Source of the DNA: Synechococcus sp. A15-24
GTDB taxonomy: Bacteria > Cyanobacteriota > Cyanobacteriia > PCC-6307 > Cyanobiaceae
Direction of reading: 5' to 3'
Length of the DNA: 32,000 nucleotides
Assembly: GCF_014280195.1 (NCBI RefSeq)
Contig: NZ_CP047960.1
Location: forward strand, 2,040,001 to 2,072,000
Numbering within the stretch: the first letter of the stretch is position 1; every line of letters starts with the position of its first letter. A model generated the notes under the pieces. The model had not been told where the DNA came from. It saw only the letters and a program-made list of their open reading frames with translations, and searched no databases. The position numbers and the translations under genes were made by a program. Positions 1 to 9,605 of the stretch are shown here, in pieces.

Positions 1-137
1 AGCATCAGCTCAATGCTCATCAGCACCCGCACAGCGTTGCGGCTGTTGATCAATCCCCAGACGCCGATGCAGAACAACATCGCGGCCACAAGCAGATAGG
101 CCTGAAGCGAAGGGAGTTGAGAAAGAAGCTCGGTCAT
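1..137 (-). CDS. ndhE: NAD(P)H-quinone oxidoreductase subunit 4L (NdhE/NuoK); 5' part only, gene runs off the left edge
   Basis: Reverse complement from the ATG at 137 reads [46 protein letters not shown], a typical NuoK/NdhE N-terminus. It lies 10 bp downstream of ndhG, as in the cyanobacterial ndhA-I-G-E operon. It is absent from the ORF track because the window truncates it. Confidence 0.85.
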   Translation of the reverse strand, partial: MTELLSQLPSLQAYLLVAAMLFCIGVWGLINSRNAVRVLMSIELM

Positions 138-147
138 CGTTCAGGAA

Positions 148-750
148 TCAGGAAGAAGGCCGCTCAACCAGCAGCGGTGTACGGGATTTTTCGATCAGGC
201 CCTGATCAGCGACTTCACCGGTCACAACATCCGTTGCCAGCACATCACGGCGAGCCAGGACGATGGCACCGATCATCGCCATCAGCAGCAGCACAGACGC
301 CACCTCGAATGGCAACAGATAGTCGGTGAACAGGTGCTCACCGATGCGAGCAGTCGCCTCCTCTCCAACGGCAGCAGGGCCAGGCAGAGACCATGGGGTG
401 GTGACCACAACGCGCACCAACAGAGCCAGAAGTCCCAGACAAACCCCGCCCGAAACAGCCCGTCGAACATTCAATCCAGCGATGGCCTTGAGGTCCTCTC
501 GCTTGTTAACGAGCATGATCGCAAACAGGATCAACACATTGATCGCCCCCACGTAAACGAGGACCTGGGCCGCGGCGACAAAACTGGCGTTCAACAGCAG
601 ATACAGACCAGCCACTGCCATGAACACCCCTCCGAGAAGGAAGGCGGAGTACACGATGTTGCTGAGCAGAACGACCCCCAGGGCACCGGTCACCACGACC
701 GCGGACAGCACCAGGAAACAGATCAGCTCAGTGGTGGTGGCAATGCTCAT
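148..750 (-). CDS. ndhG: NAD(P)H-quinone oxidoreductase subunit 6 (NdhG/NuoJ)
   Basis: 200-aa hydrophobic ORF with a NuoJ-like sequence ([43 protein letters not shown]). Its ATG overlaps the ndhI stop (ATGA at 747-750). Confidence 0.93.
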   Translation of the reverse strand: MSIATTTELICFLVLSAVVVTGALGVVLLSNIVYSAFLLGGVFMAVAGLYLLLNASFVAAAQVLVYVGAINVLILFAIMLVNKREDLKAIAGLNVRRAVSGGVCLGLLALLVRVVVTTPWSLPGPAAVGEEATARIGEHLFTDYLLPFEVASVLLLMAMIGAIVLARRDVLATDVVTGEVADQGLIEKSRTPLLVERPSS

Positions 751-1394
751 GCCTCGCCCTCCAGGGATTCACCGCTGGATTGTCCCTCATTCTTGGCAAC
801 AGCCTTTGCAGGAGGTGCCAGGGTTTCCAGCACCTGGGCTGGCAGCTGACCTGCACGGGGGCGATCTGCAGCGACGGCGTGGGGATCGATCTCACCGGCA
901 GGCAGGTAAACCAACTCCTTCAAGGGACGCACCGAAGGATCAGTGGTGACACTGGTGGGCAGACGGCCCAGTGCCACGTTGTCGTAGTTGAGGCTATGGC
1001 GGTCGAAGGCCGACAGCTCGTACTCCTCGGTCATCGACAGGCAGTTGGTGGGACAGTACTCCACGCAGTTACCGCAGAAAATGCAGACTCCGAAGTCGAT
1101 GGAGTAGTTGCGCAACTCCTTCTTCTTGGTGGCCTTGTTCATCACCCAATCGACCACGGGCAGGTTGATCGGACAGACCCGAACGCACACCTCACAGGCG
1201 ATGCACTTGTCGAATTCGTAGTGGATCCGGCCGCGGTACCGCTCCGACGGAATCAGCTTCTCGTAGGGGTACTGCACCGTCACTGGACGGCGCTTCATGT
1301 GGTCGAAGGTGACCGAGAAGCCTTGCGCCAGGTTGCGGGCGGCATCCACGGCATCCCGCGTGTAGTCACCGACCTGTTTGAGAAATCCGAACAT
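747..1394 (-). CDS. ndhI: NAD(P)H-quinone oxidoreductase subunit I (NdhI/NuoI), 2x[4Fe-4S] ferredoxin-type
   Basis: Contains two CxxCxxCxxxCP motifs ([12 protein letters not shown] and [12 protein letters not shown]). Sits between ndhA and ndhG. Confidence 0.95.
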   Translation of the reverse strand: MFGFLKQVGDYTRDAVDAARNLAQGFSVTFDHMKRRPVTVQYPYEKLIPSERYRGRIHYEFDKCIACEVCVRVCPINLPVVDWVMNKATKKKELRNYSIDFGVCIFCGNCVEYCPTNCLSMTEEYELSAFDRHSLNYDNVALGRLPTSVTTDPSVRPLKELVYLPAGEIDPHAVAADRPRAGQLPAQVLETLAPPAKAVAKNEGQSSGESLEGEA

Positions 1395-1468
1395 GGCGAG
1401 AAGCCTGGAAGAGAGCGAGAGTCAGGTCACCGAGTCCATGATGGCCGGTGCAGAACGATCCAGAGGGA

Positions 1469-2590
1469 TCAACCGCCAAAAGCCACGGGGAACGCCAGTT
1501 TCAGTGCGGCGGTCACCAGGAGATTGACCAGAGACAAAGGAAGCAGGAATTTCCAGCCCAGATCCAACAGCTGGTCAATACGAACGCGGGGAGTGGTCCA
1601 CCGCAGCAGGATGGCCACAAACACCAGCAGGTAGGCCTTCAGCACCGTCATCACGATGCCGACGGAACCCGTGATCACCTGAACCACCGGAGCATCGATC
1701 GGCTGGTTCAACCAGCCCGCCAGCCATTCCACGGGGATCGGAAAACCCCAGCCCCCGAGGTAGAGAACAGAAACCAGAACGGCCGAGAGCACCAGGTTGA
1801 TGTAACCCGCTAAGTAGAAGAGAGCGAATTTCATGCCGGCGTACTCGGTCTGGTAGCCAGCCACCAGCTCCTCTTCAGCTTCGGGAAGATCGAAGGGAAG
1901 GCGTTCGCACTCGGCCAGGGCACAGATCCAGAAGATCAGGAAGCCCACGGGTTGGCGCCAGATGTTCCAGCTCAGGATGCCGGCGCCGGTTTGCTGACCG
2001 ACGATGTCAACCGTGCTGAGCGAATTGCTCATCATCACGATGGCCAGCACCGCAAGCGCCAGGGGTATTTCGTAGCTGATCGACTGAGCTGCAGCCCGAA
2101 GACCACCGAGCAAGGAGTACTTGTTGTTGGAGGAGTAACCACTCATCAACAGGCCGATCGGCTGGATGCTGCTGAACGCGATCCACAGAAAAATGCCGAC
2201 GCCGACATTGCTGATCAGCAGGTTCTGACCAAAGGGGATGATCAGCCAGGAGATGATCACGGGGATCACCACCAACACGGGGCCGAGGGTGAACAGGAGG
2301 CTGTCGGCCCGTGCCGGAATGATGTCCTCCTTCACCAGCAGCTTGAGGCCGTCGGCGAGAGGCTGCAGCACACCAAGGGCACCGGCGTATTCAGGACCGA
2401 TCCGCTGCTGCACCGCCGCTGAGATTTTGCGTTCGAGCCAAACCGACACCAGCACGCCGACCACGGCGGCCACCAGCACCAGCAGCATCGGAAGAGGCAG
2501 CCAGAGCAGCCTTGCGGCCTGTTCTGACAGGCCAAATCCCTGCAGCGCCTGGCTGAAACTCAGTTCAAGGTCCAGTCCCGGACTCACCAT
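1469..2590 (-). CDS. ndhA: NAD(P)H-quinone oxidoreductase subunit 1 (NdhA/NuoH)
   Basis: 373-aa polytopic membrane ORF with NuoH-like segments ([50 protein letters not shown]). Confidence 0.95.
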   Translation of the reverse strand: MVSPGLDLELSFSQALQGFGLSEQAARLLWLPLPMLLVLVAAVVGVLVSVWLERKISAAVQQRIGPEYAGALGVLQPLADGLKLLVKEDIIPARADSLLFTLGPVLVVIPVIISWLIIPFGQNLLISNVGVGIFLWIAFSSIQPIGLLMSGYSSNNKYSLLGGLRAAAQSISYEIPLALAVLAIVMMSNSLSTVDIVGQQTGAGILSWNIWRQPVGFLIFWICALAECERLPFDLPEAEEELVAGYQTEYAGMKFALFYLAGYINLVLSAVLVSVLYLGGWGFPIPVEWLAGWLNQPIDAPVVQVITGSVGIVMTVLKAYLLVFVAILLRWTTPRVRIDQLLDLGWKFLLPLSLVNLLVTAALKLAFPVAFGG

Positions 2591-2614
2591 GGTGTCGACT
2601 GAAGTGCCTGCAAC

Positions 2615-3811
2615 TTAAGCGGCCGGAGCGGTGACACGCTCATCCATGGGCATCCACGCGCGTGGCTGTGAGCCCGAATAGATCTGAGAGGGCCGGAAAA
2701 TGCGATTGGCCCCGAGCTGCTCCCGCCAATGGGCCAGCCAGCCAGCCACGCGTGCGATGGCGAACACCGGCGTGAACAAATCCCTGGGAATGCCGAGCTT
2801 GCAGTAGACGAGGCCTGAATAGAAATCGACGTTGGGGTAGATGCCCTTGGGCCCGAGGCGAGACTCCGCCTCCCGCTCGATCGCCACCGCCACGTCGTAG
2901 AGCTCATCGTGGCCAAAGCGGGCGAACATCTCCTCCACCAAGGCCTGAAGAATCACCGCACGGGGATCCTTCACCTTGTATTCACGGTGGCCGAAGCCCA
3001 TGATCTTGCGCTTGGCCGCCATGGCCTCATCGAGATAGGCGCCGGCGTTCTCAGGGGTTCCCACCTCTTCCAGCATCGCCAGCACATCTTCATTGGCTCC
3101 CCCATGCAGAGGTCCGGCAAGGGTGCCCACCGCCGAGGCCACCACGGCGTAGGGATCGGTGAGTGTGCTCGCGGTGACGCGGGCGCTGAAGGTGCTGGCG
3201 TTGAGGCTGTGCTCGGCGTGAAGCATCAGGCAACGGTCGAAGATGCGCGCCGCCAGAGGATCCGGCTCACGCTCGGTGAGCATGTAGAGGAAATTGGCGG
3301 AGTAGGCCAGGTCGTCGCGGGGCTGAATCGGATCCTGGCCCTTCCGAATCAGCTGGAAGGCCGCAACCATCGTGGGGATCTTGGCGATCAGCCGCACCAC
3401 CGCGTCATACACGTACTGCGGATCGTCGATGGCCCGACGGGAATAGAACAGCCCCAGGGATGCTGCGCTGGATTGCAGCGCATCCATCGGATGCCCACTG
3501 GCAGGAAAGCACTTCATCATGTCCCGCACCCGGAAGCTCACCCGCCGGTGCATCTGTACGGCGTGCTCGAACTCCGCCAGCTGATCGCGGCTGGGTAGCT
3601 CCCCCCAGATCAGCAAAAAGGCTGTCTCCAGGAAGCAGCTGTTGGCCGACAGATCCTGCATTGGGTAGCCGCGGTAGGTCAGCAGCCCCTGCTCGCCATT
3701 GATGTCACAGATCGCGGACTGGGTGGCCGGCACACCATCCAGACCGGGTCGTAGTTCGATGCCTGTCCGCGCATGGCGCAGGTCCCCTGACTGCTGCTGA
3801 GCCACCGCCAC
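2615..3811 (-). CDS. gltA: citrate synthase
   Basis: Carries the citrate synthase signature MGFGHREYKVKDPR, plus GPLHGGAN and NVDFYSG. GTG start at 3811; a second in-frame GTG lies two codons downstream. Confidence 0.92.
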   Translation of the reverse strand: MAVAQQQSGDLRHARTGIELRPGLDGVPATQSAICDINGEQGLLTYRGYPMQDLSANSCFLETAFLLIWGELPSRDQLAEFEHAVQMHRRVSFRVRDMMKCFPASGHPMDALQSSAASLGLFYSRRAIDDPQYVYDAVVRLIAKIPTMVAAFQLIRKGQDPIQPRDDLAYSANFLYMLTEREPDPLAARIFDRCLMLHAEHSLNASTFSARVTASTLTDPYAVVASAVGTLAGPLHGGANEDVLAMLEEVGTPENAGAYLDEAMAAKRKIMGFGHREYKVKDPRAVILQALVEEMFARFGHDELYDVAVAIEREAESRLGPKGIYPNVDFYSGLVYCKLGIPRDLFTPVFAIARVAGWLAHWREQLGANRIFRPSQIYSGSQPRAWMPMDERVTAPAA

Positions 3812-3844
3812 GTCGTTGCTGCTGGCAAACCTAAGCCGGCCGGC

Positions 3845-4330
3845 TCAGAATCCCAGGCTACCCAGCAGTAGTTTCGGCCGCAGCAGTCCCTCGAGCGTCC
3901 AGCCCCCAGGCCCGAACCGAAGCTGCACCACTCCGGCCTTTCGGATCCGCAGGGATCCAGGCGGCAGCCCCAGCAGGTCACAGGCCAGCAAGCCAAGGTC
4001 CGGCTCATGGCCCACCAGGGCAACGCAACCGCTGTGGTCGTTGAGCACCTCAGCGACAGGTCCGCCGGGGCAGAGCCGCTCGTCACTGTCCAGCACAGGG
4101 GCCAGGCCGGCCTGCAGTGCGATCTGTGCTGTCTCCAGCGCCCGGTCATAAGGACTGGTGACCAACCGATCCAGCCGCAGACCACCCGCCACCAGTGCCT
4201 CCATCACCCCCTGGGTGCGGCGGCGACCCTTCGCCGTCAGCGGCCGATCGACGGCATCTCGCCCCTCAAACCGTTCCACGGCAATGCCGTGGCGCAGCAG
4301 CACCAGCTCAACCAAGCTCGAGTCGGGCAT
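3845..4330 (-). CDS. sixA: phosphohistidine phosphatase SixA-like (histidine phosphatase superfamily)
   Basis: Has the LVLLRHGIA (RHG) motif and a second catalytic His in LVGHEPDL. Start placed at ATG 4330 (MPDSSLVELVLLRHG). The track start at 4357 adds 9 residues and deepens the overlap with the upstream gene. Confidence 0.8.
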   Translation of the reverse strand: MPDSSLVELVLLRHGIAVERFEGRDAVDRPLTAKGRRRTQGVMEALVAGGLRLDRLVTSPYDRALETAQIALQAGLAPVLDSDERLCPGGPVAEVLNDHSGCVALVGHEPDLGLLACDLLGLPPGSLRIRKAGVVQLRFGPGGWTLEGLLRPKLLLGSLGF

Positions 4331-5882
4331 GCAGGGGAAGAACGGACCGGCCTTCATCTTGACGATCGGTCTCCAGGCTGAGGCTGAGCCCCTGGATCCG
4401 TGGCTGGAGGGTCTGTCCAGCCATGGCCTGCAGCAAGGTCCAGGGCTGCCAGTCCGCCAGCACGGTACGGGCCGGTTTGGAAGCCAGCATCAACGAATGG
4501 GCCGGGGTGGACTTGAGGTGACTGAGGTTGCGCCATTGCTGAAGGCGTGGTTCCAGAGCCCGACTGTCCTGCCGCTGCAGAAGTGATGGCAGGGTTTCAC
4601 CCCACCAATCGCGATCGCGATCGGCGGATCGCGCCACCGCGAGGCTGGCGTCCACACCAGCGCTGCGGCCCCGTTGCCGCTTCAGACGGGTCCATACCTG
4701 AATCGCTTCACCATCACCGCTCAGATCGGACTGGGCCAGACCCTGGGCCTTGAGCTGGTCGTCCACCGCTGACAGTTCAGGCTGGCCATGGCTTGTGGCC
4801 AGCAGCCAGCCCTCGGGCTGTTGCTGCAGCAACAACGGGCCATCATCGAGCTCCAGCAGAGCCAGGGCCGCCGGCTGTTGCGCAAGGTGCCGCTTGAGCA
4901 CGGGGCCCAGCCACTGCGCTAGGGGATGGAGCTCATCCGGATCGAGCAGACGGCGTGGGTCCTGCAGCTGAGCCATCAGGCTGGCGCGACCGCCTGAACC
5001 CGCTACCAGATCCTGCTGAACAGCCCATGGTGCGGCCTCGATCCGCTCCTGCCAGCGCAGCCGGCCCTCCACAAGCAGATCAGCGTTGTCCGCCTGCAGG
5101 GCAGCCACCATCCCCTCCAGCCCGCTCAGGGCCGATGGCAGCTCAAACCACCGCCGCAACGCATTAGGGGATGCCGTGATCAATGCCATCCCATGGCCCA
5201 GCTCGGCAATGTCCCGCCCCAGCTGCTCATCCCCGAGCTGATGCTGCTGCTGCAGCTGAGACACATCCAGAGCTCGCTCCAATACCCCCCTCCCGGAGGC
5301 CAACAGCACCAGGTCATCGTCAATCAGGGCCGTCGCCAGAGGCTGCGGGTCCCGTCCCACCAGAGCACCACGACCACTGATCAGTCCCATGCCGCGGTAA
5401 CTGCTGATCTGCAGATCGGTGCCCGCCAGGCTGCGGGTCTGCCAAAAGCGCTGCAGAAAGCGACGGGCCCCATCGCTGTCCGTGCTCGTCAACCCCAGCA
5501 CCCAACCCGGCGTATCACTGGCATCCAGCAGGGTGAGGCTGAGGTCCGGCCCAACCCAGCTGGCGAGTTCAGCGTCGAAATCAAGCCCCGCCAACGCGAA
5601 GGCACCATCACGCCACTGACGCATCCCGTCCCGGGCTGTCCGCCGCTGCCGCGGCGGCGCCACAGCCTGGGCGTAGGCCGGAAGACTCGCACTGTCGGCC
5701 AGCCAATGCACGGACAGGGCAGCATCACGGGGAACAAAACGGGCCGCTCGCGGCAGTTGCAGCGGTTGATCAACCAGGTGCAGCGGACTGCGCCGTTCCA
5801 GCCCCCAGAGCAAGCCGGTGGTCACCAGCACCAGGGAGAGCAGGGCAGCGGCCAGGGCCGTCAGAAAGGAGCGGGCCTGCAT
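4308..5882 (-). CDS. conserved hypothetical protein with an N-terminal membrane anchor (possibly the cyanobacterial DUF3352 family, from memory only)
   Basis: Long ORF with sense-like composition. N-terminus MQARSFLTALAAALLSLVLVTTGLLW resembles a signal anchor. The start could instead be ATG 5921 (MMDKDDVIRHCRP...). The 3' end overlaps the sixA start by 23 nt. Confidence 0.65.
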   Translation of the reverse strand: MQARSFLTALAAALLSLVLVTTGLLWGLERRSPLHLVDQPLQLPRAARFVPRDAALSVHWLADSASLPAYAQAVAPPRQRRTARDGMRQWRDGAFALAGLDFDAELASWVGPDLSLTLLDASDTPGWVLGLTSTDSDGARRFLQRFWQTRSLAGTDLQISSYRGMGLISGRGALVGRDPQPLATALIDDDLVLLASGRGVLERALDVSQLQQQHQLGDEQLGRDIAELGHGMALITASPNALRRWFELPSALSGLEGMVAALQADNADLLVEGRLRWQERIEAAPWAVQQDLVAGSGGRASLMAQLQDPRRLLDPDELHPLAQWLGPVLKRHLAQQPAALALLELDDGPLLLQQQPEGWLLATSHGQPELSAVDDQLKAQGLAQSDLSGDGEAIQVWTRLKRQRGRSAGVDASLAVARSADRDRDWWGETLPSLLQRQDSRALEPRLQQWRNLSHLKSTPAHSLMLASKPARTVLADWQPWTLLQAMAGQTLQPRIQGLSLSLETDRQDEGRSVLPLHARLELG

Positions 5883-5935
5883 GGGCCTGCAGTGTCGGAT
5901 GACGTCATCTTTATCCATCACCGCAGAATGGCGCC

Positions 5936-6289
5936 ATGGAACCGCTCACCCCACGACCGATTCAGGCCCGGGATCTGCAGTCCTGGCTGCAGGACGACCG
6001 CCCCGATCCCCTGCTGGTGGACGTTCGGGAGGACGCCGAACTGGATCTGGCCCGCTTCCCTGCGGACGTGTTGCATTGGCCTCTGAGCCGCTCCGACGCC
6101 TGGCTGGAGTCCGTACCGCAACAGTTGGCGGATGGCAGACCGGTGGTGGTGATCTGCCATGCGGGCGTGCGCAGCCTCCATCTCGGACTGTGGCTGCTGC
6201 AACAGATGCCGGAGCTGGAGGTGTGGAACCTTGAGAGGGGAATTGATGCCTGGAGTGTGCACGTGGATTCGTCGGTTCCCCGTTACTGA
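5936..6289 (+). CDS. single-domain rhodanese (sulfurtransferase)
   Basis: 117 aa with the active-site loop CHAGVRS and LVDVRE near the N-terminus. Its stop shares one nucleotide with the hrcA ATG (TGATG at 6287-6291). Confidence 0.85.
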   Translation: MEPLTPRPIQARDLQSWLQDDRPDPLLVDVREDAELDLARFPADVLHWPLSRSDAWLESVPQQLADGRPVVVICHAGVRSLHLGLWLLQQMPELEVWNLERGIDAWSVHVDSSVPRY

Positions 6290-7263
6290 TGAAACCGCTG
6301 TCCGCCCGGCAACAACAGGTGCTGCAGGCCACGGTGCACCACTACGTGGACACGATGGAACCGGTGGGCAGCCGCACGCTGGTGCAGCGCTTCAGCATTC
6401 CCGCCAGCTCCGCCACGGTCCGTTCGGCCATGGGTGCCCTGGAGAAACGGGGTCTGCTGACCCAGCCCCACACTTCAGCGGGCCGCATCCCCAGCGCCCT
6501 GGGTTACCGCCATTACGTGGACGACCTGCTGCCGGAACCGGGGGTGGCTGTGCAGCACCTCGAACGGGAACTCACAGGCCTGAGCCTGCGCTGGGCAGCA
6601 CTGGACGACCTGTTGCAGCAACTGGCCCGGCGCCTGACCGACTTCACCGGGCTGATGAGCCTGATCACCCGCCCGCAGCAACCCCGCGCACAGCTGGAGG
6701 CCATCCGCCTAGTGCAGAGCGGTGATCGGCTGCTGGTGATGCTGGTGGAGGACAGCGGCCGCGCCAGCCACCTCAACCTGCGCCTTCCGCCCGGTGCCGG
6801 TGACGAACTGACGGCCATGGAGCGCTGGACCGATCAGCAATTGGAAGACGGCAGCATCAACTGGCGGTCTTTGCCACCCCAGCTGCAACGCAGCGGCGAC
6901 GTGCTGCGCAGCGCACTGGACCATCCATCGATGTCACCCGAGACGCCCCTCGTGGTGCATGGCCTCTCAAGGCTGGTAGGCGAGCCGGAATTCCACAGCA
7001 CCTCAGAGCTGCGGCCACTTCTTGAGCTGATTGATGACCAACCCTGTGCCGTGGTGAGTGCCACCGATCAACCGGCCGTCTGGATCGGGGAGGAGCATCC
7101 GCAGAAGGCCCTGCAAGCCTGTTCGGTGGTCCAGGCCCCCTACCGCTGCGGCCAGGAAGGGGTGGGTCAGGTGGCGTTGGTGGGTCCGATGCGGATGGCT
7201 TACGCCACCTCTCACGCCGCCGTGCGACGGGTGGCCCGCCACCTCGACCTGCTGCTCAACTGA
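6289..7263 (+). CDS. hrcA: heat-inducible transcription repressor HrcA
   Basis: N-terminal winged-helix region LSARQQQVLQATVHHYVDTMEPVGSRTLVQRF... followed by GLLTQPHTSAGRIPSALGYRHYVD, both typical of HrcA. Length is 324 aa. Confidence 0.9.
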   Translation: MKPLSARQQQVLQATVHHYVDTMEPVGSRTLVQRFSIPASSATVRSAMGALEKRGLLTQPHTSAGRIPSALGYRHYVDDLLPEPGVAVQHLERELTGLSLRWAALDDLLQQLARRLTDFTGLMSLITRPQQPRAQLEAIRLVQSGDRLLVMLVEDSGRASHLNLRLPPGAGDELTAMERWTDQQLEDGSINWRSLPPQLQRSGDVLRSALDHPSMSPETPLVVHGLSRLVGEPEFHSTSELRPLLELIDDQPCAVVSATDQPAVWIGEEHPQKALQACSVVQAPYRCGQEGVGQVALVGPMRMAYATSHAAVRRVARHLDLLLN

Positions 7264-7269
7264 GCCGAA

Positions 7270-8526
7270 TCAGAGCTGATCACCCAGCTTTTCAGCCACG
7301 GTGTTGACGTCTTTATCGCCACGACCGGAGCAGTTGATCACCACCTCGCTGCCGTCGGGCAAGGTGGGGCAGAGCTGCTCCAGCCAGGCGAAGGCATGGG
7401 CAGTCTCCAAGGCTGGAATGATGCCCTCCAGCTCGCTGGCCAGACGCAGGGCATCCAGGGCCTGCTGGTCGGTGACAGCGCCGTACTCAGCCCGTCCGAT
7501 CTCGCGCAGATAGCTGTGCTCGGGACCCACGCCGGGGTAATCGAGACCAGCGCTGATGGAGTGGGCTTCCTGCACCTGGCCGTCGGAGTCCTGGAGCAGC
7601 AGGCTCATGGCGCCATGGAGCACCCCGGCGCGGCCTTCGGTGATCGTGGCGGCATGGCGACCGGTGGCCACGCCATCACCGGCGGCCTCGACACCGATCA
7701 AACGGACATTGGTGCATTCCACGAAGGGGTGGAACAGCCCCATGGCATTGGAGCCACCGCCCACGCAGGCCATCAGCACATCCGGCAGGCGCCCGAAGGC
7801 CTCGCGGCACTGCTGACGGGCTTCCTGACCGATCACGGCATGGAAATCCCGCACGAGCATGGGGTAGGGATGCGGGCCAGCAACGGAACCGAGGATGTAG
7901 TGGGTGGATTCCACGTTGGTGACCCAGTCGCGGATCGCTTCGCTGGTGGCGTCCTTGAGGGTGGCGGTGCCGGCCGTGACCGGTTGAACCTTGGCCCCTA
8001 GCAGGCGCATGCGGAACACATTGAGGGCCTGACGGCGCATGTCCTCAGCGCCCATGTAGATCACGCACTCGAGGCCGAAACGAGCGCAGACGGTGGCGGT
8101 GGCCACACCGTGCTGGCCAGCGCCGGTTTCCGCAATGATCCGCTTCTTGCCCATGCGCAGGGCCAGTAACGCCTGACCAAGGGCGTTGTTGATCTTGTGG
8201 GCTCCGGTGTGATTCAGGTCCTCACGCTTCAGCCAGATGCGGGGGCCGCCATCGGCGCGGCGGTAATGGGCCGTGAGGCGTTCAGCCTCATACAGAGGTG
8301 TGGCCCGACCGACGTAGTTCTTCAGTAGCCGGTTGAGTTCTGCGGTGAAAGCTGGGTCGTTCCAGGCCTGGGCCGCCGCCTGCTCCAGCTGCGCCAGGGC
8401 CGGCATCAGGGTCTCCGGGACGTACTGCCCACCGAAGCGACCGAAGCGTCCGTGGGCTCCTGGACGCACAGACGGTTGCAGGCTGGCGGGATCCGGAGTG
8501 CTGGCGTTCGGCAGGGTGCTGGTCAC
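7270..8526 (-). CDS. trpB: tryptophan synthase beta chain
   Basis: [19 protein letters not shown] and the PLP-lysine motif [15 protein letters not shown]. The track ORF (to 8835) is over-extended. I place the start at GTG 8526 (VTSTLPNAS...), which gives 418 aa. Confidence 0.9.
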   Translation of the reverse strand: MTSTLPNASTPDPASLQPSVRPGAHGRFGRFGGQYVPETLMPALAQLEQAAAQAWNDPAFTAELNRLLKNYVGRATPLYEAERLTAHYRRADGGPRIWLKREDLNHTGAHKINNALGQALLALRMGKKRIIAETGAGQHGVATATVCARFGLECVIYMGAEDMRRQALNVFRMRLLGAKVQPVTAGTATLKDATSEAIRDWVTNVESTHYILGSVAGPHPYPMLVRDFHAVIGQEARQQCREAFGRLPDVLMACVGGGSNAMGLFHPFVECTNVRLIGVEAAGDGVATGRHAATITEGRAGVLHGAMSLLLQDSDGQVQEAHSISAGLDYPGVGPEHSYLREIGRAEYGAVTDQQALDALRLASELEGIIPALETAHAFAWLEQLCPTLPDGSEVVINCSGRGDKDVNTVAEKLGDQL

Positions 8527-8581
8527 AGGGGATCCACAGCGAGAGCGTCGACTCAGGGTAGGCAGACGCGCTGCAGGCAGG

Positions 8582-8929
8582 ATGGATCCGATCGCACCGA
8601 GTTGGATGCCGAAAGGCGGCTGGCAGGAATTCAGCAGCGCTGACAGCCTGCAGCGCCCGGCCGCACCGGCGGCCAGCACCCCCAAAGCGCAGCAGATGGT
8701 GCGGGTGCAGCCCACCCGTGGCGGCAAGGGCGGCAAAACCGTGACGGTGATCCGGGGGCTGGAGCTGGACGCAGCTGGGTTCAAGGCCCTGCTTAAGAAA
8801 CTGAAAACCAGGATCGGCAGCGGCGGCACCGCCAAGGACGGCGTGATCGAACTGCAGGGGGATCAGGTGGCGCTGGCCCTGGACCTGCTGACCAAGGAGG
8901 GCTACAGCCCAAAGCGCGCTGGTGGTTAA
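8582..8929 (+). CDS. translation initiation factor SUI1/YciH family
   Basis: C-terminal region [24 protein letters not shown]...[18 protein letters not shown] is typical of SUI1. The track start at 8333 lies antisense inside trpB, so I moved the start to ATG 8582. ATG 8606 is an alternative. Confidence 0.82.
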   Translation: MDPIAPSWMPKGGWQEFSSADSLQRPAAPAASTPKAQQMVRVQPTRGGKGGKTVTVIRGLELDAAGFKALLKKLKTRIGSGGTAKDGVIELQGDQVALALDLLTKEGYSPKRAGG

Positions 8930-8960
8930 GGGAGAATGGCTTCCACTTCAGCCCGTGCCC

Positions 8961-9605
8961 ATGTCCGCCAGCCCCACCTACGGAGAGCTCACCAACCAGG
9001 GGGCGTCTACCAACATCGCCTGGCACCAGGCTTCGGTGGATCGGGCTGCACGGGCTGAGCAGCGCGGTCATAGCAGCGCCATCCTCTGGTTCACCGGCCT
9101 TTCCGGGTCCGGCAAAAGCACCTTGGCCAATGCCGTCAACGCTGCCCTGTTCCAACGGGGCCTGGCGACCTATGTGCTGGATGGCGACAACGTGCGCCAC
9201 GGCCTCTGCAAGGACCTGGGCTTTTCCGATGCCGATCGCGAAGAGAACATCCGTCGCATCGGCGAGGTGGCCAAGTTGTTTCTGGACTCCGGCGTCATCG
9301 TGCTGACGGCCTTCGTGTCCCCCTTCCGCGCCGACCGGGACAAAGCCCGCGCCTTGGTGGACGACGGTGATTTCATCGAAATCCACTGCGCCGCGGATCT
9401 GGAGGTCTGCGAATCACGCGATCCCAAGGGTCTCTATGCCAAGGCTCGTGCCGGCCAGATCAAGGAATTCACCGGCATCTCCAGCCCCTACGAAGCGCCA
9501 GAGGCCGCAGAACTCAAGATTGACACCGGCACCCAGGAGCTCGCCGAATCGGTTGATCTGGTGATCAAGGCGCTGCAGGAACGGGGGGTGATTCCGGCGG
9601 TTTGA
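8961..9605 (+). CDS. cysC: adenylylsulfate (APS) kinase
   Basis: P-loop [24 protein letters not shown], and FISPF-like [14 protein letters not shown] 8961 is preferred over the GTG at 8922, which overlaps the SUI1 stop. Confidence 0.88.
   Translation: MSASPTYGELTNQGASTNIAWHQASVDRAARAEQRGHSSAILWFTGLSGSGKSTLANAVNAALFQRGLATYVLDGDNVRHGLCKDLGFSDADREENIRRIGEVAKLFLDSGVIVLTAFVSPFRADRDKARALVDDGDFIEIHCAADLEVCESRDPKGLYAKARAGQIKEFTGISSPYEAPEAAELKIDTGTQELAESVDLVIKALQERGVIPAV

Noticed and set aside
117-329. Numerous 60-130-aa ORFs throughout the track, for example 117-329, 282-470, 4354-4536, 15375-15578 and 23246-23467
   Set aside because: All are nested within, or antisense to, larger well-supported genes. 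They lack start-context or motif support and show the Pro/Arg/Gly/Ser-rich composition of spurious frames.
1395-1468. 74-bp ndhA-ndhI spacer and 74-bp grxC-prfB spacer (26499-26572), considered as possible tRNA or sRNA loci
   Set aside because: There is no cloverleaf-compatible sequence (no GTTCRANNC T-loop and no acceptor-stem complementarity) and no stable hairpin with a T-tract. They are more simply read as an operon spacer and a divergent promoter region.
780-1634. 284-aa plus-strand ORF. Similar cases are 5193-6086 (297 aa), 11760-12893 (377 aa, minus strand), 13178-14071 (297 aa), 14056-14838 (260 aa), 25659-26558 (299 aa) and 27186-27980 (264 aa, minus strand)
   Set aside because: All lie antisense to genes with strong motif support (ndhI/ndhA, the DUF3352-like gene, nagA/chlM, the RluA-like gene, the response regulator, gshB/grxC, prfB). 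Their composition is Arg/Gly/His/Gln-rich, typical of non-coding frames in GC-rich DNA.
4611-4618. HIP1 octamers GCGATCGC, also at 13355-13362 and 27404-27411
   Set aside because: I noticed only three copies in 32 kb, all inside coding regions. That does not look clearly above what this base composition would give by chance, so there is no evidence of a repeat family or mobile element.
5898-5909. Perfect 12-bp palindrome GATGACGTCATC in or near the divergent region upstream of rhodanese-hrcA. A second one, AGCCGGCCGGCT, lies at 3834-3845 between sixA and gltA
   Set aside because: A perfect 12-bp palindrome is expected about once per 4 kb by chance, or roughly 8 in this window. The first may lie inside coding sequence if the DUF3352-like gene starts at 5921. 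Neither resembles CIRCE, the NtcA site (GTA-N8-TAC) or the CRP site (TGTGA-N6-TCACA).
8527-8835. N-terminal extensions of track ORFs: trpB to 8835, purE to 11729, nagA from 10731, menE to 22099, menA to 24050, the TM2 gene to 21117, asparaginase to 31282, and SUI1 from 8333
   Set aside because: The extensions overlap well-supported neighbouring genes, add non-homologous low-complexity residues ahead of recognisable conserved N-termini, and contain internal in-frame starts at the expected positions.
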